A stretch of 64,000 nucleotides of DNA from Devosiaceae bacterium (GCA_963675235.2 CAXXFU010000017.1:308888-372887); one strand, 5' to 3'; numbered from the stretch's first letter, positions 50,078 to 60,672 are shown. Made by a program: numbers and translations. Notes: generated by a model not told the origin, from the letters alone.

Positions 50078-51277
50078 ATGCCCGGTTTCAAGTCGCTTGA
50101 CGATTTCGATCTCGCAGGCAAGCGCGTTCTGGTGCGCGTCGACCTCAATGTCCCCGTCTCCGACGGCGTGGTAACCGACGCCACGCGCATCGAGCGCATC
50201 GTCCCCACCCTCAGAGCCATTACCAAGACCGGGGCGAAAGCGATCCTGATGTCGCATTTCGGCCGCCCGAAGGGCAAGGTCAATCCGGAATATTCGCTCG
50301 AGGTCACCCTGCCCGCCATCACCAAGGCCTTCGGCCACGAGGTTACCTTCGTGCCGACCGACTGGGTCGATGTCGCCGCGGCCAAGGAAGCGATCGACGC
50401 GGCGCCGGAAGGTTCGGTTCTCGTTCTCGAGAACACCCGCTTCCATCCCGGCGAGGAGAAGAACGACCCCGATCTCTCCGCCCGCATGGCCTCGCTCGGC
50501 GACATCTACATCAATGACGCCTTTTCCTCGGCGCACCGCGCCCATGCCTCGACCGAAGGTGTTGCCCACCTGCTTCCCTCCGGCGCCGGCACCGCCATGG
50601 CGGCCGAGCTGACCGCCCTCGAGGCCGGTCTGGGCAATCCGCACCGTCCCGTCGTCGCCATTGTCGGCGGCGCCAAGGTCTCGACCAAGATCGACTTGCT
50701 GGAAAACCTCATCACCAAGGTTGAAGCGCTGGTCATCGGCGGCGGCATGGCCAACACCTTCCTGTTCGCGCAGGGCATCGGCGTCGGCAATTCGCTGTGC
50801 GAGAAGGATCTCGGCGATACCGCCCGCAGGATTCTCGAGAAGGCCGAAAAGATCGGCTGCGCCATCATCCTGCCGGTCGACGCCAAGGTCGCCTGGCATT
50901 TTGAGGCCAATGCCCCGCATCGCCTTTACGGCATCGACGCCATCGACGGTGACGGCATGATCCTCGATGTCGGTCCGCAGTCGATGGAACGCATTATCGG
51001 CGCCATCGACGACGCTCACACGGTGGTGTGGAACGGCCCGCTCGGCGCGTTCGAGCTGACGCCGTTCGACGAGGCCACCACGGAGCTGGCCAAGCATGTC
51101 GCCAAGCGCACCAAGGACGGCAAGCTTGTCTCGGTCGCCGGTGGCGGCGACACCGTCGGGGCGCTTGCCCATGCCGGCGTCAAGGGCGATCTGACCTATG
51201 TCTCGACTGCCGGTGGCGCCTTCCTGGAATGGATGGAAGGCAAGACCCTGCCCGGCGTGGCCGCGCTCGAGGCCTAG
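50078..51277 (+). CDS. pgk: Phosphoglycerate kinase
   Basis: [12 protein letters not shown] at the N-terminus, SHFGRPKG, and GGGDT near the C-terminus. Confidence 0.97.
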   Translation: MPGFKSLDDFDLAGKRVLVRVDLNVPVSDGVVTDATRIERIVPTLRAITKTGAKAILMSHFGRPKGKVNPEYSLEVTLPAITKAFGHEVTFVPTDWVDVAAAKEAIDAAPEGSVLVLENTRFHPGEEKNDPDLSARMASLGDIYINDAFSSAHRAHASTEGVAHLLPSGAGTAMAAELTALEAGLGNPHRPVVAIVGGAKVSTKIDLLENLITKVEALVIGGGMANTFLFAQGIGVGNSLCEKDLGDTARRILEKAEKIGCAIILPVDAKVAWHFEANAPHRLYGIDAIDGDGMILDVGPQSMERIIGAIDDAHTVVWNGPLGAFELTPFDEATTELAKHVAKRTKDGKLVSVAGGGDTVGALAHAGVKGDLTYVSTAGGAFLEWMEGKTLPGVAALEA

Positions 51278-51322
51278 CTGGCAGGACGTCATCGAGGCGT
51301 TTTGCCGGACGAACAAGATCTC

Positions 51323-51360
51323 GGCCCGTTTCGCGACAACCGGAACGGGCCGTTTTCCGT
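51323..51360 (+). terminator. Rho-independent terminator after pgk
   Basis: Stem GGCCCGTT / AACGGGCC followed by GTTTTCCGT. Confidence 0.55.
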
Positions 51361-51557
51361 CGCAGAATGCGCGGTCCGCCGCACGTCCATCTTGTTGACA
51401 TTTTTGCTGGCCAAATCGGCAGCATGGCTCACGCGGCGCATGGACAAACTCCACCCGGCTCTTGCCGGACGCGTCGCGATCACCGAATAAGGGCAGAACG
51501 GCGCCTGCCAACCTCTTGCCATGCGCCCGAAACCAGGGGAACCGGACCAGAACCGTC

Positions 51558-52112
51558 ATGAGTGCCGAGCTGTTTCTCGTCGCGCCCGCCGATGCCGATG
51601 CCGAGGGCTTTTGCCAAGCGCTCGTGCACCTGCTCGATGCCGAGCCCGCCGCCGCCCTGTTTCTGCCGCGCGGAAACCGCGACGATGCCGCATACCGCGC
51701 CTTTGTCGCCGCCGTGCTGGAACCGGCACAATCCCGCGATTGTGCCGTGCTCGTCGACAACGATGCCGATCTCGCCAAGGCACTCGGCGCCGACGGCGTC
51801 CATGTCAGCGGCGGCATAAAGGCTGTCAAGGAGGCGATTGCCCGCCTCAAGCCCGACATGATCGTCGGCGCCGGCGATCTTCATTCCCGCCACGACGCCA
51901 TGATGAAGGCCGAAGCGGGTGTCGACTACGTCTTTTTCGGCGATCTCGACGCCGGCGCGGCACTGCCCGAGGACATCGACAACGCCAATTGGTGGTCCGA
52001 CACTTTCGAGATCGCCTGCGTGCTCTACGAGGCCGGCCGGGATGCCGGCGGCACCAATGCCGAATTCGCCGCGCTCGGCCCCAGCGTGTTCGGGGCGGAG
52101 AGCAATCCGTGA
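51558..52112 (+). CDS. Thiamine-phosphate synthase (ThiE/TenI) family protein
   Basis: ORF 51462..52112, with the start re-chosen at MSAELFLVAP. The pattern VLVDNDADLAKALGADGVHV...VGAG...GVDYVFFG fits the TMP-TENI fold. Confidence 0.6.
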   Translation: MSAELFLVAPADADAEGFCQALVHLLDAEPAAALFLPRGNRDDAAYRAFVAAVLEPAQSRDCAVLVDNDADLAKALGADGVHVSGGIKAVKEAIARLKPDMIVGAGDLHSRHDAMMKAEAGVDYVFFGDLDAGAALPEDIDNANWWSDTFEIACVLYEAGRDAGGTNAEFAALGPSVFGAESNP

Positions 52113-53230
52113 GACCTGTCCTCTTCGTCGTCGCAGGTGTGACCGCGCTGGTGTTCGCCACGGCCGCCCGCGCCGAGGAAGTCGTGACCGATGCGCCGGT
52201 TCCGGCAGCCATGCCGGCACCGATCGATCTGGCAACACCGATCGATCTGCCCGCGGACACGGATCCACCCGAAGCGGCAGACACCCAGGCGCAGACCAGT
52301 TCGCCGGTCGAGGCGACAAGCCCGGTGACGCCGGGCTCCGTCGGCCCAGTACGGCCGGTCGATGACGCCTATGGCGCCTTTCAGCGCGGCCTTTACCTGA
52401 CGGCGCTGTCGCTGGCACTGCAGCGCGCCAGCGACGACGATGCCGCCGCCCAGACGCTTGTCGGCGAGATCTTTGCCAACGGGCTCGGCGTGCCGGTGAG
52501 CGCCGCCAAGGCAGCCGGCTGGTATGCGCTGGCCGACAAGAATGGCGATCCCAATGCCAGTTTCGCGCTTGCCATGATGTACCAGCGCGGCGAAGGCGTG
52601 CCGGTCAACCGCGCCAAGGCGGCCGAACTGATGGAGAAGGCCGCCAATGCCGGCCTGCCGGCGGCCCAGTACAACATGGCGCTGCTCCATATCGAAGGCA
52701 TCCACGTCGCACCCAACCAGCGCAAGGCCGCCGAACTGATGGAAAAGGCCGCCGAGGCCGGGCTGGCCGAGGCGGAAATGGATTTCGGCACCATGCTGCT
52801 CAATGGCGCCGGTGTCGCGCCCGACCTTGCCCGTGGCGCCAGCTACATGCGCCTGGCCGCCGAGGCCGGCCTCAGCGACGCCATGGTCGAATATGCAACG
52901 CTCAGATATCTCGGCAAGGGCGCCGCCAGGGACATCGAGAGCGCCGCCCGCTGGTACGAACGCGCCGCCCGGCTCGGCAACCCGGTGGCCCAGAACCGCT
53001 TCGCCATCCTTCTCGCCGCCGGCGAAGGCGTCGACAAGGATCTGCAGACCGCCGCGATGTGGCGGGCACTGGCGCGCCGTGCCGGCCTGGTCGATGCCCA
53101 GACCGACGAGCTTCTGGCCGACATCTCGCCCGAGGACCTGTCCATAGCCGAAGAACGCGCCCGCGTCTGGCCCGACCAGCCTGCGGATCTCGCCAACGCC
53201 GATGACGCGCCCGCCGAAACCGGCAATTGA
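52109..53230 (+). CDS. Sel1-repeat (SLR/TPR-like) secreted protein
   Basis: GTG start overlapping the upstream stop (GTGA). It has a signal peptide VRPVLFVVAGVTALVFATAARA and repeated A..WY..AA..G...A........G.GV motifs. Confidence 0.8.
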   Translation: MRPVLFVVAGVTALVFATAARAEEVVTDAPVPAAMPAPIDLATPIDLPADTDPPEAADTQAQTSSPVEATSPVTPGSVGPVRPVDDAYGAFQRGLYLTALSLALQRASDDDAAAQTLVGEIFANGLGVPVSAAKAAGWYALADKNGDPNASFALAMMYQRGEGVPVNRAKAAELMEKAANAGLPAAQYNMALLHIEGIHVAPNQRKAAELMEKAAEAGLAEAEMDFGTMLLNGAGVAPDLARGASYMRLAAEAGLSDAMVEYATLRYLGKGAARDIESAARWYERAARLGNPVAQNRFAILLAAGEGVDKDLQTAAMWRALARRAGLVDAQTDELLADISPEDLSIAEERARVWPDQPADLANADDAPAETGN

Positions 53231-53335
53231 GGCCGTCGGACCGGCGTCAAACGCGTCCGACCTCTTGAGCAAAAGCCCAATCTGGGGCACAAGCGCGCCA
53301 ACATCTCCCTCACCTTGTTCCGAACGGAAACCCAA

Positions 53336-54127
53336 ATGGCCGAATCGGCATTGCTCAACATCATGGTCGGGGCGGCGCGCAAGGCAGCGCGGTCGCTAAC
53401 ACGCGATTTCGGCGAGGTCGAGAACCTCCAGGTCTCGCGCAAGGGACCGGCGGATTTCGTCTCCAATGCCGACCGGCGCGCCGAGCAGATCATCCATGAC
53501 GAACTCATCAAGGCCCGCCCGACCTACGGCTTCCTGATGGAAGAGGCCGGCGAAGAAGCCGGCACCGATGGCCAGCACCGCTGGCTGATCGATCCGCTCG
53601 ACGGCACCACCAATTTCCTGCACTCGATCCCGCTGTTCGCCACCGCCATCGCGCTCGAGCGCGCCGGCGAGATCGTCGCCTCGGTGATCTACTCGCCGAT
53701 CATGGACGAGCTGTTCACCGCCGAGCGGGGCCAGGGCGCCTTCGTCAACAACCGGCGCATCCGCGTCGCCGGCCGCAAGCATATTGCCGACGCCGTCATC
53801 GTTACCGGCATCAAGGTCACCGGCACCGACGACGACGCCCGCACCCTTTCCCAGCTGTCGCAGGTCTCGCCGGCCTCGGCCGGTATCCGCCGCACCGGCT
53901 CGGCTTCAACCGACCTGGCCTGGCTGTCTGCCGGGCGGTTCGACGGCTACTGGGAGGGGCGCCTGGCCCCCTGGGACGTGGCGCCGGGCCTGTTGATGGT
54001 CAAGGAAGCGGGCGGATTCATCTCCGATTATGCCGGCAAGAACGGCAGCGTCTACAATGGCGAGGTCGTGGCCGGCAACGAGGCCATCCAGGCCCAGCTT
54101 CTCAAGACCATCCAGAAGGTGCGCTAG
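53336..54127 (+). CDS. suhB: Inositol monophosphatase family protein (SuhB-like)
   Basis: Start re-chosen at MAESALLNIM. Motifs: WLIDPLDGTTNF and WDVAPGLLMVKEAGG. Confidence 0.85.
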   Translation: MAESALLNIMVGAARKAARSLTRDFGEVENLQVSRKGPADFVSNADRRAEQIIHDELIKARPTYGFLMEEAGEEAGTDGQHRWLIDPLDGTTNFLHSIPLFATAIALERAGEIVASVIYSPIMDELFTAERGQGAFVNNRRIRVAGRKHIADAVIVTGIKVTGTDDDARTLSQLSQVSPASAGIRRTGSASTDLAWLSAGRFDGYWEGRLAPWDVAPGLLMVKEAGGFISDYAGKNGSVYNGEVVAGNEAIQAQLLKTIQKVR

Positions 54128-54551
54128 GCAATTTCCGTTCCGCCACCGATCTGGAGGCTTTCGCTTCACATCCTCTTGTGGGGAGGATTGCCGAACAGGA
54201 CTTGGCCCTTCGCCAAATCCGTCGCGAGGCTGGGTGAGGACCCGCGCCAGAGCCTCTGGCTCGACCCCGCCCGACCGGCTCAGCCGGGCCCCCCTCCCCA
54301 TCAAGAGGAGGGAAGCATGCGACGTCCCCCGCCATGACGTGGTCACAGTTTTGCGCCACATGCGCACTGCGGTTTGTCACAAGCGGTGTGCGAAGGTCGA
54401 TCATGCGTTTTATCCGGAGTGTTTTTTGCTCTAATCTTTGATTCGCATGCGTTGTCCGTGCGCCGTCAAGACGCGCGGACGTCCCGCAAGGGATATTGAC
54501 TTTCGGGCAGCGGGGGGAAACCCCGGCGCCGGACCGGAGAACCGAACGGCT

Positions 54552-55556
54552 ATGAGCGACCGCTACGATCCCTATCATCTCGCCAGTCCCACGGTATACC
54601 TGGTCAAGATGATCATCTTTCTGATCCTGGCCGTGCTTGTCGGCATTATCATCTCCCCGACCCTGCTCGACGCTTTCCAGGCCAACATGTTCATCAACGG
54701 CATGATCGTTCTGGTGCTGGCGGTCGGCATCCTTTTGAGCTTCCGTCAGGTGATGCGGCTGTTCCCGGAAGTGAGCTGGGTCAATTCGCTGCAGGACGGC
54801 TTCCAGGCCCAGGGCGTCAAGCCGCCGGTGCTACTCGCCCCGGTCGCCGGCATCATGCGCGACCGGCTCGGCGAGGCGATGATCACCCCGGCCAGCATGC
54901 GCACCATCCTCGATTCGGTCGGCTACCGGCTCGAGGAGGCCAAGGATACCTCGCGCTATCTGACCGGTCTTCTGGTTTTCCTCGGCCTGCTCGGAACGTT
55001 CTTCGGCCTGTTGCAGACCGTCGGCTCGGTCTCCGACGTCATCCAGGGGCTCGACGTCACCGCCGGCGATGCCGGCGACCTGTTCGGGACGCTGCAGAAC
55101 GGGCTGCAGGCGCCATTGTCCGGCATGGGCACGGCGTTCTCGTCCTCGCTGTTCGGTCTGACCGGCTCGCTGATCCTGGGGTTCCTCGATCTGCAGACAG
55201 GTCAGGCGCAGAACGCCTTCTACACCGATCTCGAGGACTGGATGGCCTCGATGACCGAGCTCGACCACCCGATGACGGCAATGCAGGCCTCCAATCTCGG
55301 TGTCTCCTCCAACGAGATCCAGTCGATGATCGAACAGCTCGGCTCGACCATGCAGAGCTCGAATTCGAACCAGAACGCCATCCGCGCTATGGCCGAGCTG
55401 GCCCGTGGCATCGACGGACTGGTCAAGCATATCCGCGCCGAACAGGACGATGTCCGACGGCACATTTCCGACCAAGCCGAAACCAACAAGAAGCTGAGGG
55501 ATCTAATCGAGGCGCTGATCCGCGAGGACAGCAACCAGAACGGCAACAACCACTAG
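54552..55556 (+). CDS. MotA/TolQ/ExbB-like proton-channel family membrane protein with helical C-terminal tail
   Basis: ORF 54438..55556, with the start re-chosen at the ATG at 54552. It has two N-terminal TM helices and then the MotA_ExbB-like pair YLTGLLVFLGLLGTFFGLL and AFSSSLFGLTGSLILGFL. The tail is about 110 aa, helical and Asn/Gln-rich. Confidence 0.75.
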   Translation: MSDRYDPYHLASPTVYLVKMIIFLILAVLVGIIISPTLLDAFQANMFINGMIVLVLAVGILLSFRQVMRLFPEVSWVNSLQDGFQAQGVKPPVLLAPVAGIMRDRLGEAMITPASMRTILDSVGYRLEEAKDTSRYLTGLLVFLGLLGTFFGLLQTVGSVSDVIQGLDVTAGDAGDLFGTLQNGLQAPLSGMGTAFSSSLFGLTGSLILGFLDLQTGQAQNAFYTDLEDWMASMTELDHPMTAMQASNLGVSSNEIQSMIEQLGSTMQSSNSNQNAIRAMAELARGIDGLVKHIRAEQDDVRRHISDQAETNKKLRDLIEALIREDSNQNGNNH

Positions 55557-55557
55557 A

Positions 55558-55653
55558 GCGTTTTGAGCAAAAGTGGGAACCGGTTTTGCGGTTCGAAAAC
55601 GCGACACTGTGAGAGACAGGCCATTTCGGTGTTTCCGTGAAACAATGAAATGA
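55558..55653 (-). repeat. Composite intergenic mosaic element (copy C, inverted relative to copy B)
   Basis: The core at 55558-55602 is the reverse complement of GCGTTTTCGAACCGCAAAACCGGTTCCCACTTTTGCTCAAAACGC. Hairpin CCATTTCGGTGTTTCC...GTGAAACAATGAAATGA lies at 55621-55653. Confidence 0.6.
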
Positions 55654-55685
55654 CCTAGGACCCAACGGGCAAGGGAGAGGTCGGT

Positions 55686-56711
55686 TTGGCCTACGGCAGC
55701 CGCCTGCGCAGAGAGAGTGCCAATTACTGGCCGGGCTTCGTCGATGCCCTGTCGAGCCTTCTGCTCGTCATCATGTTCCTGCTCTCGACCTTCGTCATCG
55801 CCCAGTTCTTCCTTGGGCGAGAAATCCTCGGCAAGGACACGGTTCTTTCCCGTCTGAATTCCCAGATCGCCGAGCTGACCGACCTTTTGCAGCTCGAAAG
55901 GGCCAATTCCTCCGATCTCGAAGCGACCATCGCCAGCCTGAGCGCGACGCTGGCCAGCGCCGAATCCGAGCGCGACAGCCTGCAGTCGCAGCTGGCCGGC
56001 CTCGGTGGCGGCCTCGGGGAAAAGGACCAGACCATCGCCGATCTCAATTCCCGCCTGCTCGACGCGCAGGAACTCTCGGACGAGGCAACGGCGCAGATCA
56101 CCCTGCTCAACCAGCAGCTCTCGGCGCTGAGGACCCAGATCGCCGCGCTCGAACAGGCACTCGAAGCCTCCGAGGCGCGTGACACAGAGTCACGCACCAA
56201 GATCGCCGATCTCGGCCGCCGGCTGAACCTGGCGCTGGCCCAGCGCGTGCAGGATTTGTCCCGCTATCGCTCCGATTTCTTCGGACAATTGCGCCAGGTG
56301 CTGGAAGGGCGTGCCGACGTGCGCGTCGTCGGCGACCGGTTCGTGTTCCAGTCCGAAGTTCTGTTCCCGGCCGGCCAGGCGACGGTGTCGGACGATGGCG
56401 CCAAGGAAATCCAGGCGCTCGGCCAGGCCATTCTCGAGCTCGAAACGCAGATTCCGCCCGAGATCAACTGGGTGCTCCGCATCGACGGCCACACCGACAA
56501 GCGGCCGATCTCGACGCCGCAATTCCCCTCGAACTGGGAGCTGTCGGCGGCCCGCGCCATCGCCGTCGCCAAGATCCTGGTCGACGAGGGCGTGTCACCC
56601 AACCGTCTGGTCGCCGCCGGATTCGGCGAGTTCCAGCCGCTCGATACCGGCGACACCGAGGAAGCCTATCGCCGCAACCGCCGCATCGAGTTCAAGCTGA
56701 CCGAGGGTTAA
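55686..56711 (+). CDS. MotB/OmpA-like peptidoglycan-binding protein with long coiled-coil linker
   Basis: TTG start after GGGAGAGG. The N-terminus is YWPGFVDALSSLLLVIMFLL (MotB-like TM). About 150 aa of heptad-rich coiled coil follow. C-terminal OmpA_C motifs: RIDGHTD, NWELSAARA, RRNRRIEF. Confidence 0.8.
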   Translation: MAYGSRLRRESANYWPGFVDALSSLLLVIMFLLSTFVIAQFFLGREILGKDTVLSRLNSQIAELTDLLQLERANSSDLEATIASLSATLASAESERDSLQSQLAGLGGGLGEKDQTIADLNSRLLDAQELSDEATAQITLLNQQLSALRTQIAALEQALEASEARDTESRTKIADLGRRLNLALAQRVQDLSRYRSDFFGQLRQVLEGRADVRVVGDRFVFQSEVLFPAGQATVSDDGAKEIQALGQAILELETQIPPEINWVLRIDGHTDKRPISTPQFPSNWELSAARAIAVAKILVDEGVSPNRLVAAGFGEFQPLDTGDTEEAYRRNRRIEFKLTEG

Positions 56712-56720
56712 TACTCGGAA

Positions 56721-57206
56721 CTAGAGCTGCATCTCCCAGATTTCCTGATCGATGTCCTGCCCGAATCTGCTCACGCCCGCCTCCAGCTTGACGATGACGA
56801 ACCCCATCTTGGCATAAAGCTTTCGAGCGCTTTTGAGCACGCTATAGGTTTCGAGCCGCGCGAATTTGCGCCCCTCGCGGCGGGCATGATCGAGAGCATC
56901 CGCAAGCAAGGCTTCGGCAATTCCCTTGCGGCGACGTTCGGGTGCAACAAGCACGAAATTGAGGAACGCTCCGCCCTCGGGCAACGCGGAAATGGCAATG
57001 GAGCCCGCCCGCTCTCGGTCGGACTCTGCGATCACGATGCGGGTGAACGCTTCATTGCGATCCAGCAAGGCCTGCATCTTGCCCGCAATGCCGCGTCCAT
57101 AGCTGTCGTCGAATGAGAATTCGCTAGCGTAGAGCGCGCCATGGCGATCGACGATCCAGTCGCAATCGCTCCGGTCAGCGAGTCTGATGACAAGCTGGGG
57201 TGTCAC
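56721..57206 (-). CDS. GNAT family N-acetyltransferase
   Basis: VAPERRRKGIAEALLADALDHARREG and ARKLYAKMGF motifs. Confidence 0.8.
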   Translation of the reverse strand: MTPQLVIRLADRSDCDWIVDRHGALYASEFSFDDSYGRGIAGKMQALLDRNEAFTRIVIAESDRERAGSIAISALPEGGAFLNFVLVAPERRRKGIAEALLADALDHARREGRKFARLETYSVLKSARKLYAKMGFVIVKLEAGVSRFGQDIDQEIWEMQL

Positions 57207-57248
57207 GTCATTTCCTCAAAACGGGTGGGGCATTCCCAGCCGCACCCA

Positions 57249-58286
57249 TTAGGTGTTCGCCTTCGCCCAGGCCACCGCATCTGTCAGGATATCCGGAATG
57301 TCCCGTAGCTTGATCCCGAGACTGTCGCGGCGGGTGAAATCGAACTGGGTCGGCGTCACCTCCTCGCCCTCGAACAGCGGCGGGATGGCGAGCGACGGCT
57401 CGATCTTTTTCAGCATCCTGTAGACATCGTTCCAGTGCCAGCTCTCGCGCACGGCATAATAGCGCCCCTCTGCCGTCGGGCTCTCGTAGGCGGCCATGAA
57501 CAGGGCGGCGATATCGTCGATATGGGTCATGGACACTGAATCGTTCGGCGCCACGTCGTGCAGGTCCTTCTCGCCCCTGAGCATGCGCTTGAGCGCCGCC
57601 AGCACCCCCGACGTGGCGTGTTCGAGCAAGAGCGGCGGGCCGAGCATGATGGTCGGCAGGAGGATGCGCAGTCTGACGCCGGCGACGGCGGCAAGCGCCA
57701 TCGCCTCGTGCTCCATCACCGTCTTGGCGGCGGAGGTGTATTTCTTGTCGGCGCATTGCTGCTCGACGTCCGACCAATGGTCGACCTCGTTCTTGACCGG
57801 CACCGGCGGTGTCGGGTTGGTGCTCGAGGTCGAGGAGCAGATGACAATGTCCTTGATGCCGGCCGCGATGGCCGAATGCATGATGTTGAGGCAGCCATCG
57901 ACGGTCGGCTGGATGATCTCGGCCCAGCCGCGCTTGTCGTCGAGCTCGCGGGCCGCGACGCCATCCACGGTGAGATAGGTCGGGATGAGGCTGGCGATGA
58001 TCACGCCGTCGACGTCTTTGACGACATCGTCAAACGCGCCTTTGACCGCCATGTCGGCGGCATGAAGGCTGAGGCGCTCGCCGCCCGGCAATGCCGTCAG
58101 CGCCGCCCGCGGCCCGTCGACATTGCGCATGGCGCCTTCGACCTCATAGCCGCGCGCCAGCGCCAGTTTGGCGATATTGGCGCCGACCAGCCCGCTCGCT
58201 CCTGCAATCGCGATTCTTCCAGCTATGTTCCGGATTCCTCTTGTCGGTTGGCGGGCAAAGACGCAGAAGCGCCTCACTCGCGGCAC
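57249..58286 (-). CDS. NAD-dependent epimerase/dehydratase (extended SDR) family protein
   Basis: Rossmann motif IAIAGASGLVGANI. The 5' end is uncertain: GTG at 58286, and no good start follows the AAGAGGA nearer the Rossmann motif. Confidence 0.7.
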   Translation of the reverse strand: MPRVRRFCVFARQPTRGIRNIAGRIAIAGASGLVGANIAKLALARGYEVEGAMRNVDGPRAALTALPGGERLSLHAADMAVKGAFDDVVKDVDGVIIASLIPTYLTVDGVAARELDDKRGWAEIIQPTVDGCLNIMHSAIAAGIKDIVICSSTSSTNPTPPVPVKNEVDHWSDVEQQCADKKYTSAAKTVMEHEAMALAAVAGVRLRILLPTIMLGPPLLLEHATSGVLAALKRMLRGEKDLHDVAPNDSVSMTHIDDIAALFMAAYESPTAEGRYYAVRESWHWNDVYRMLKKIEPSLAIPPLFEGEEVTPTQFDFTRRDSLGIKLRDIPDILTDAVAWAKANT

Positions 58287-58347
58287 GAGTGTTGGCCGAG
58301 CCTAGTGCAGGTGACATGGCAATGGAAATCCGCTGCCGCGAAAAGAC

Positions 58348-60165
58348 TCAGCCGTCGCGGAACTGAAGCTTGGCCAGTTCGGCGTAGCGCCCGCCCTTGG
58401 CGATCAGCTCGTCATGGGTGCCCTGGTCTATGATCTTACCGGCATCGAGCACCAGGATGCGGTTGGCGTGGCGGATGGTGGCAAGACGATGGGCAATGAC
58501 CAGGGTGGTGCGCCCCTGCATCAGGCGTTCGAGCGCCTGCTGCACTAGATGCTCGGACTGGGCGTCGAGCGCACTCGTCGCTTCGTCGAGCAGAAGGATC
58601 GGCGCATCCTTGAGAAGCGCCCGGGCAATGGCGATGCGCTGTTTCTGGCCGCCTGACAGCATGACGCCGCGCTCGCCGACGATGGTGTCGTAGCCGCCCG
58701 GCAGTTGCGAGACGAAATCGTCGACCAATGCCGCTTTGGCTGCGTCCATCACTTCGGCCTCGGTCGCCTCGCGTTTGCCGAAGCGGATGTTGTCGGCGAT
58801 TGTGCCGCCGAAGATCGCCGATTCCTGCTCGACATAGGCGAACCGGTCCCTGAGCGCGCCGAGCTCGACGTCGCGCACATCGATGCCATCGACCCGTACG
58901 GAGCCGTTCTTGACGTCGTAGAAGCGCTGAAGCAGCGCAAACAGCGTCGATTTGCCGGCGCCGGACGGTCCGACAAGCGCGACCATTTCGCCCTTTTCCA
59001 CCTCGAACGACACCTTGGAGAGAACGATCTCGTTCTCGCGCGTGTCATAGGAGAATTCGACATTGTCGAACCCGACGGTGGCCAGCGGCGGCTCGGGCAG
59101 TACGACAGGAGAGTCCGGTGCAGTGATCACCGGCGCGGTGTCGAGCACCTCGAACAGACGCTCGGTTGCTCCCGCGACGACCTGCAGCGACCCCCAGACT
59201 TCGGAGATGGAACTGAGCGCCCCGGCGGCGAGCATGGCGTAAACCAGGAACTGGGTGAGCTGGCCGGCGGTGACCGAGCCGGCAAAGACCATCTGCGCCC
59301 CCCACCAGACCAGCCCGACCAGGGCAGCCGTCGACACGAAAATGACGATGGCGACGAGGATCGAGCGGGTAAGCAGGCGCGCGGCTTCGGCGCGGTAGGA
59401 CTGGTTGGAGTATTCGGCGAACAGGCCCTGCTGGCTGATCTCCTGCACGAAAGCCTTGACCGTACGGATAGCGCCAAGGGTTTCGGTGGCGACCGAGGTG
59501 ATATCGCCAAGAACGTCCTGGGTCTTGCGCGACTGGGTGCGCAGACGCGCGCCGAACCAGAACACCGGCAGGACGATTGCCGGCACAAGTATGATCACGG
59601 CCAGCGTCAGCCAGGCGCTGGTCAGCAGCATCATCACCACCGCACCGATGATGGTCATGGCCGACCTCAGCATCAGTGTCATGCTCGACCCGACGGCGGT
59701 GCGGATTGTCGAAACATCGCCGGAAAGCCGCGACGTCAGGTCGCCCACCCTGTTGGTATCGAAAAAGAACACGTCGAGCTTCATCAGGTGGTCGAAGACA
59801 GCCTGTCTGAGGTCGACGACCAGCAATTCACCGATGACCGAGATGAAATAGAAGCGCGAGCCGCTGGCGACGCCCAGCAGACCGGCGATGACAAGGATGA
59901 TGATGGCGTATTCGCCAACCTTGTCCAGGTTCTGGGCGATAAACCCCTGGTCGATGACGCTGCCGATGGTCGCCGGGATGGCAAGCTGGGCAATCGTGGC
60001 AACGACGAGGAAGATGAAGGTCAGCGTCAGCCTGAGCGGATAGCGCATCAGGAAGGGTATCAGGCGCCTCAGCGGCTGGAGATCGCGCCGCGTGGCGGCC
60101 TCCGCACCTGGCGCCGACGCGCCGTCCTCTGCCGTGGCGTTGTCCGCCGCCGTCGTTTCCGTCAT
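58348..60165 (-). CDS. ABC transporter, fused permease/ATP-binding protein (ABCB/MsbA-like exporter)
   Basis: ORF 58348..60321, with the start re-chosen at the ATG at 60165 (MTETTAADN...). It has six TM helices, Walker A GPSGAGKST, signature LSGGQKQR and Walker B ILLLDEATSALD. Confidence 0.9.
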   Translation of the reverse strand: MTETTAADNATAEDGASAPGAEAATRRDLQPLRRLIPFLMRYPLRLTLTFIFLVVATIAQLAIPATIGSVIDQGFIAQNLDKVGEYAIIILVIAGLLGVASGSRFYFISVIGELLVVDLRQAVFDHLMKLDVFFFDTNRVGDLTSRLSGDVSTIRTAVGSSMTLMLRSAMTIIGAVVMMLLTSAWLTLAVIILVPAIVLPVFWFGARLRTQSRKTQDVLGDITSVATETLGAIRTVKAFVQEISQQGLFAEYSNQSYRAEAARLLTRSILVAIVIFVSTAALVGLVWWGAQMVFAGSVTAGQLTQFLVYAMLAAGALSSISEVWGSLQVVAGATERLFEVLDTAPVITAPDSPVVLPEPPLATVGFDNVEFSYDTRENEIVLSKVSFEVEKGEMVALVGPSGAGKSTLFALLQRFYDVKNGSVRVDGIDVRDVELGALRDRFAYVEQESAIFGGTIADNIRFGKREATEAEVMDAAKAALVDDFVSQLPGGYDTIVGERGVMLSGGQKQRIAIARALLKDAPILLLDEATSALDAQSEHLVQQALERLMQGRTTLVIAHRLATIRHANRILVLDAGKIIDQGTHDELIAKGGRYAELAKLQFRDG

Positions 60166-60450
60166 CGCATGATGGCTTTCCGATTGTTGCGCCCGATATA
60201 AGCATTCCCCTCGGAGCGGGCAAGTCGCGGCCGGCGGCCGATTGCCTGTCATGCCATCAAGCGCGATCACGCCGGATTGGCGCAGATCCCGGCACGGTCG
60301 GGAGCAAACATGGCGATGCAATGGTCACTTTGCCGGGGCACGCTCGGCAAAAGCCTTGATAAAGGCGTCGCAAGTGGTTTAGAACGCCGCCCAACACCAT
60401 CTGAGGCTCATCGGGCGCTCCGGCGCCCGTTTGATTTGAGAGTTGAGACG

Positions 60451-60672
60451 ATGAAGAAAGAGATTCATCCCGATTATCACACCATCAAGGTTGTGATGAC
60501 CGACGGCACCGAATACCAGACCAAGTCGACCTGGGGCAAAGAGGGCGACACGATGCAGCTCGACATCGACCCTAACACCCATCCGGCCTGGACCGGCGGC
60601 TCGGGGCAGCTGGTCGACCGCGGCGGTCGCGTGTCCCGCTTCAAGGAAAAATTCAAGGGTATCCTGGGCTGA
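60451..60672 (+). CDS. rpmE: 50S ribosomal protein L31
   Basis: Internal Met of ORF 60277..60672. [22 protein letters not shown]...HPAWTGG...RFKEKF. 73 aa. Confidence 0.95.
   Translation: MKKEIHPDYHTIKVVMTDGTEYQTKSTWGKEGDTMQLDIDPNTHPAWTGGSGQLVDRGGRVSRFKEKFKGILG

Noticed and set aside
54552-56711. Possible Zorya-type anti-phage system (MotA/MotB-like ZorA/ZorB).
   Set aside because: The A subunit is only 334 aa and lacks the several-hundred-residue tail of ZorA. No ZorC/ZorD-like (or ZorE) genes are adjacent; the neighbours are suhB and a GNAT gene. The pair is kept as an uncharacterised stator-like pair only.
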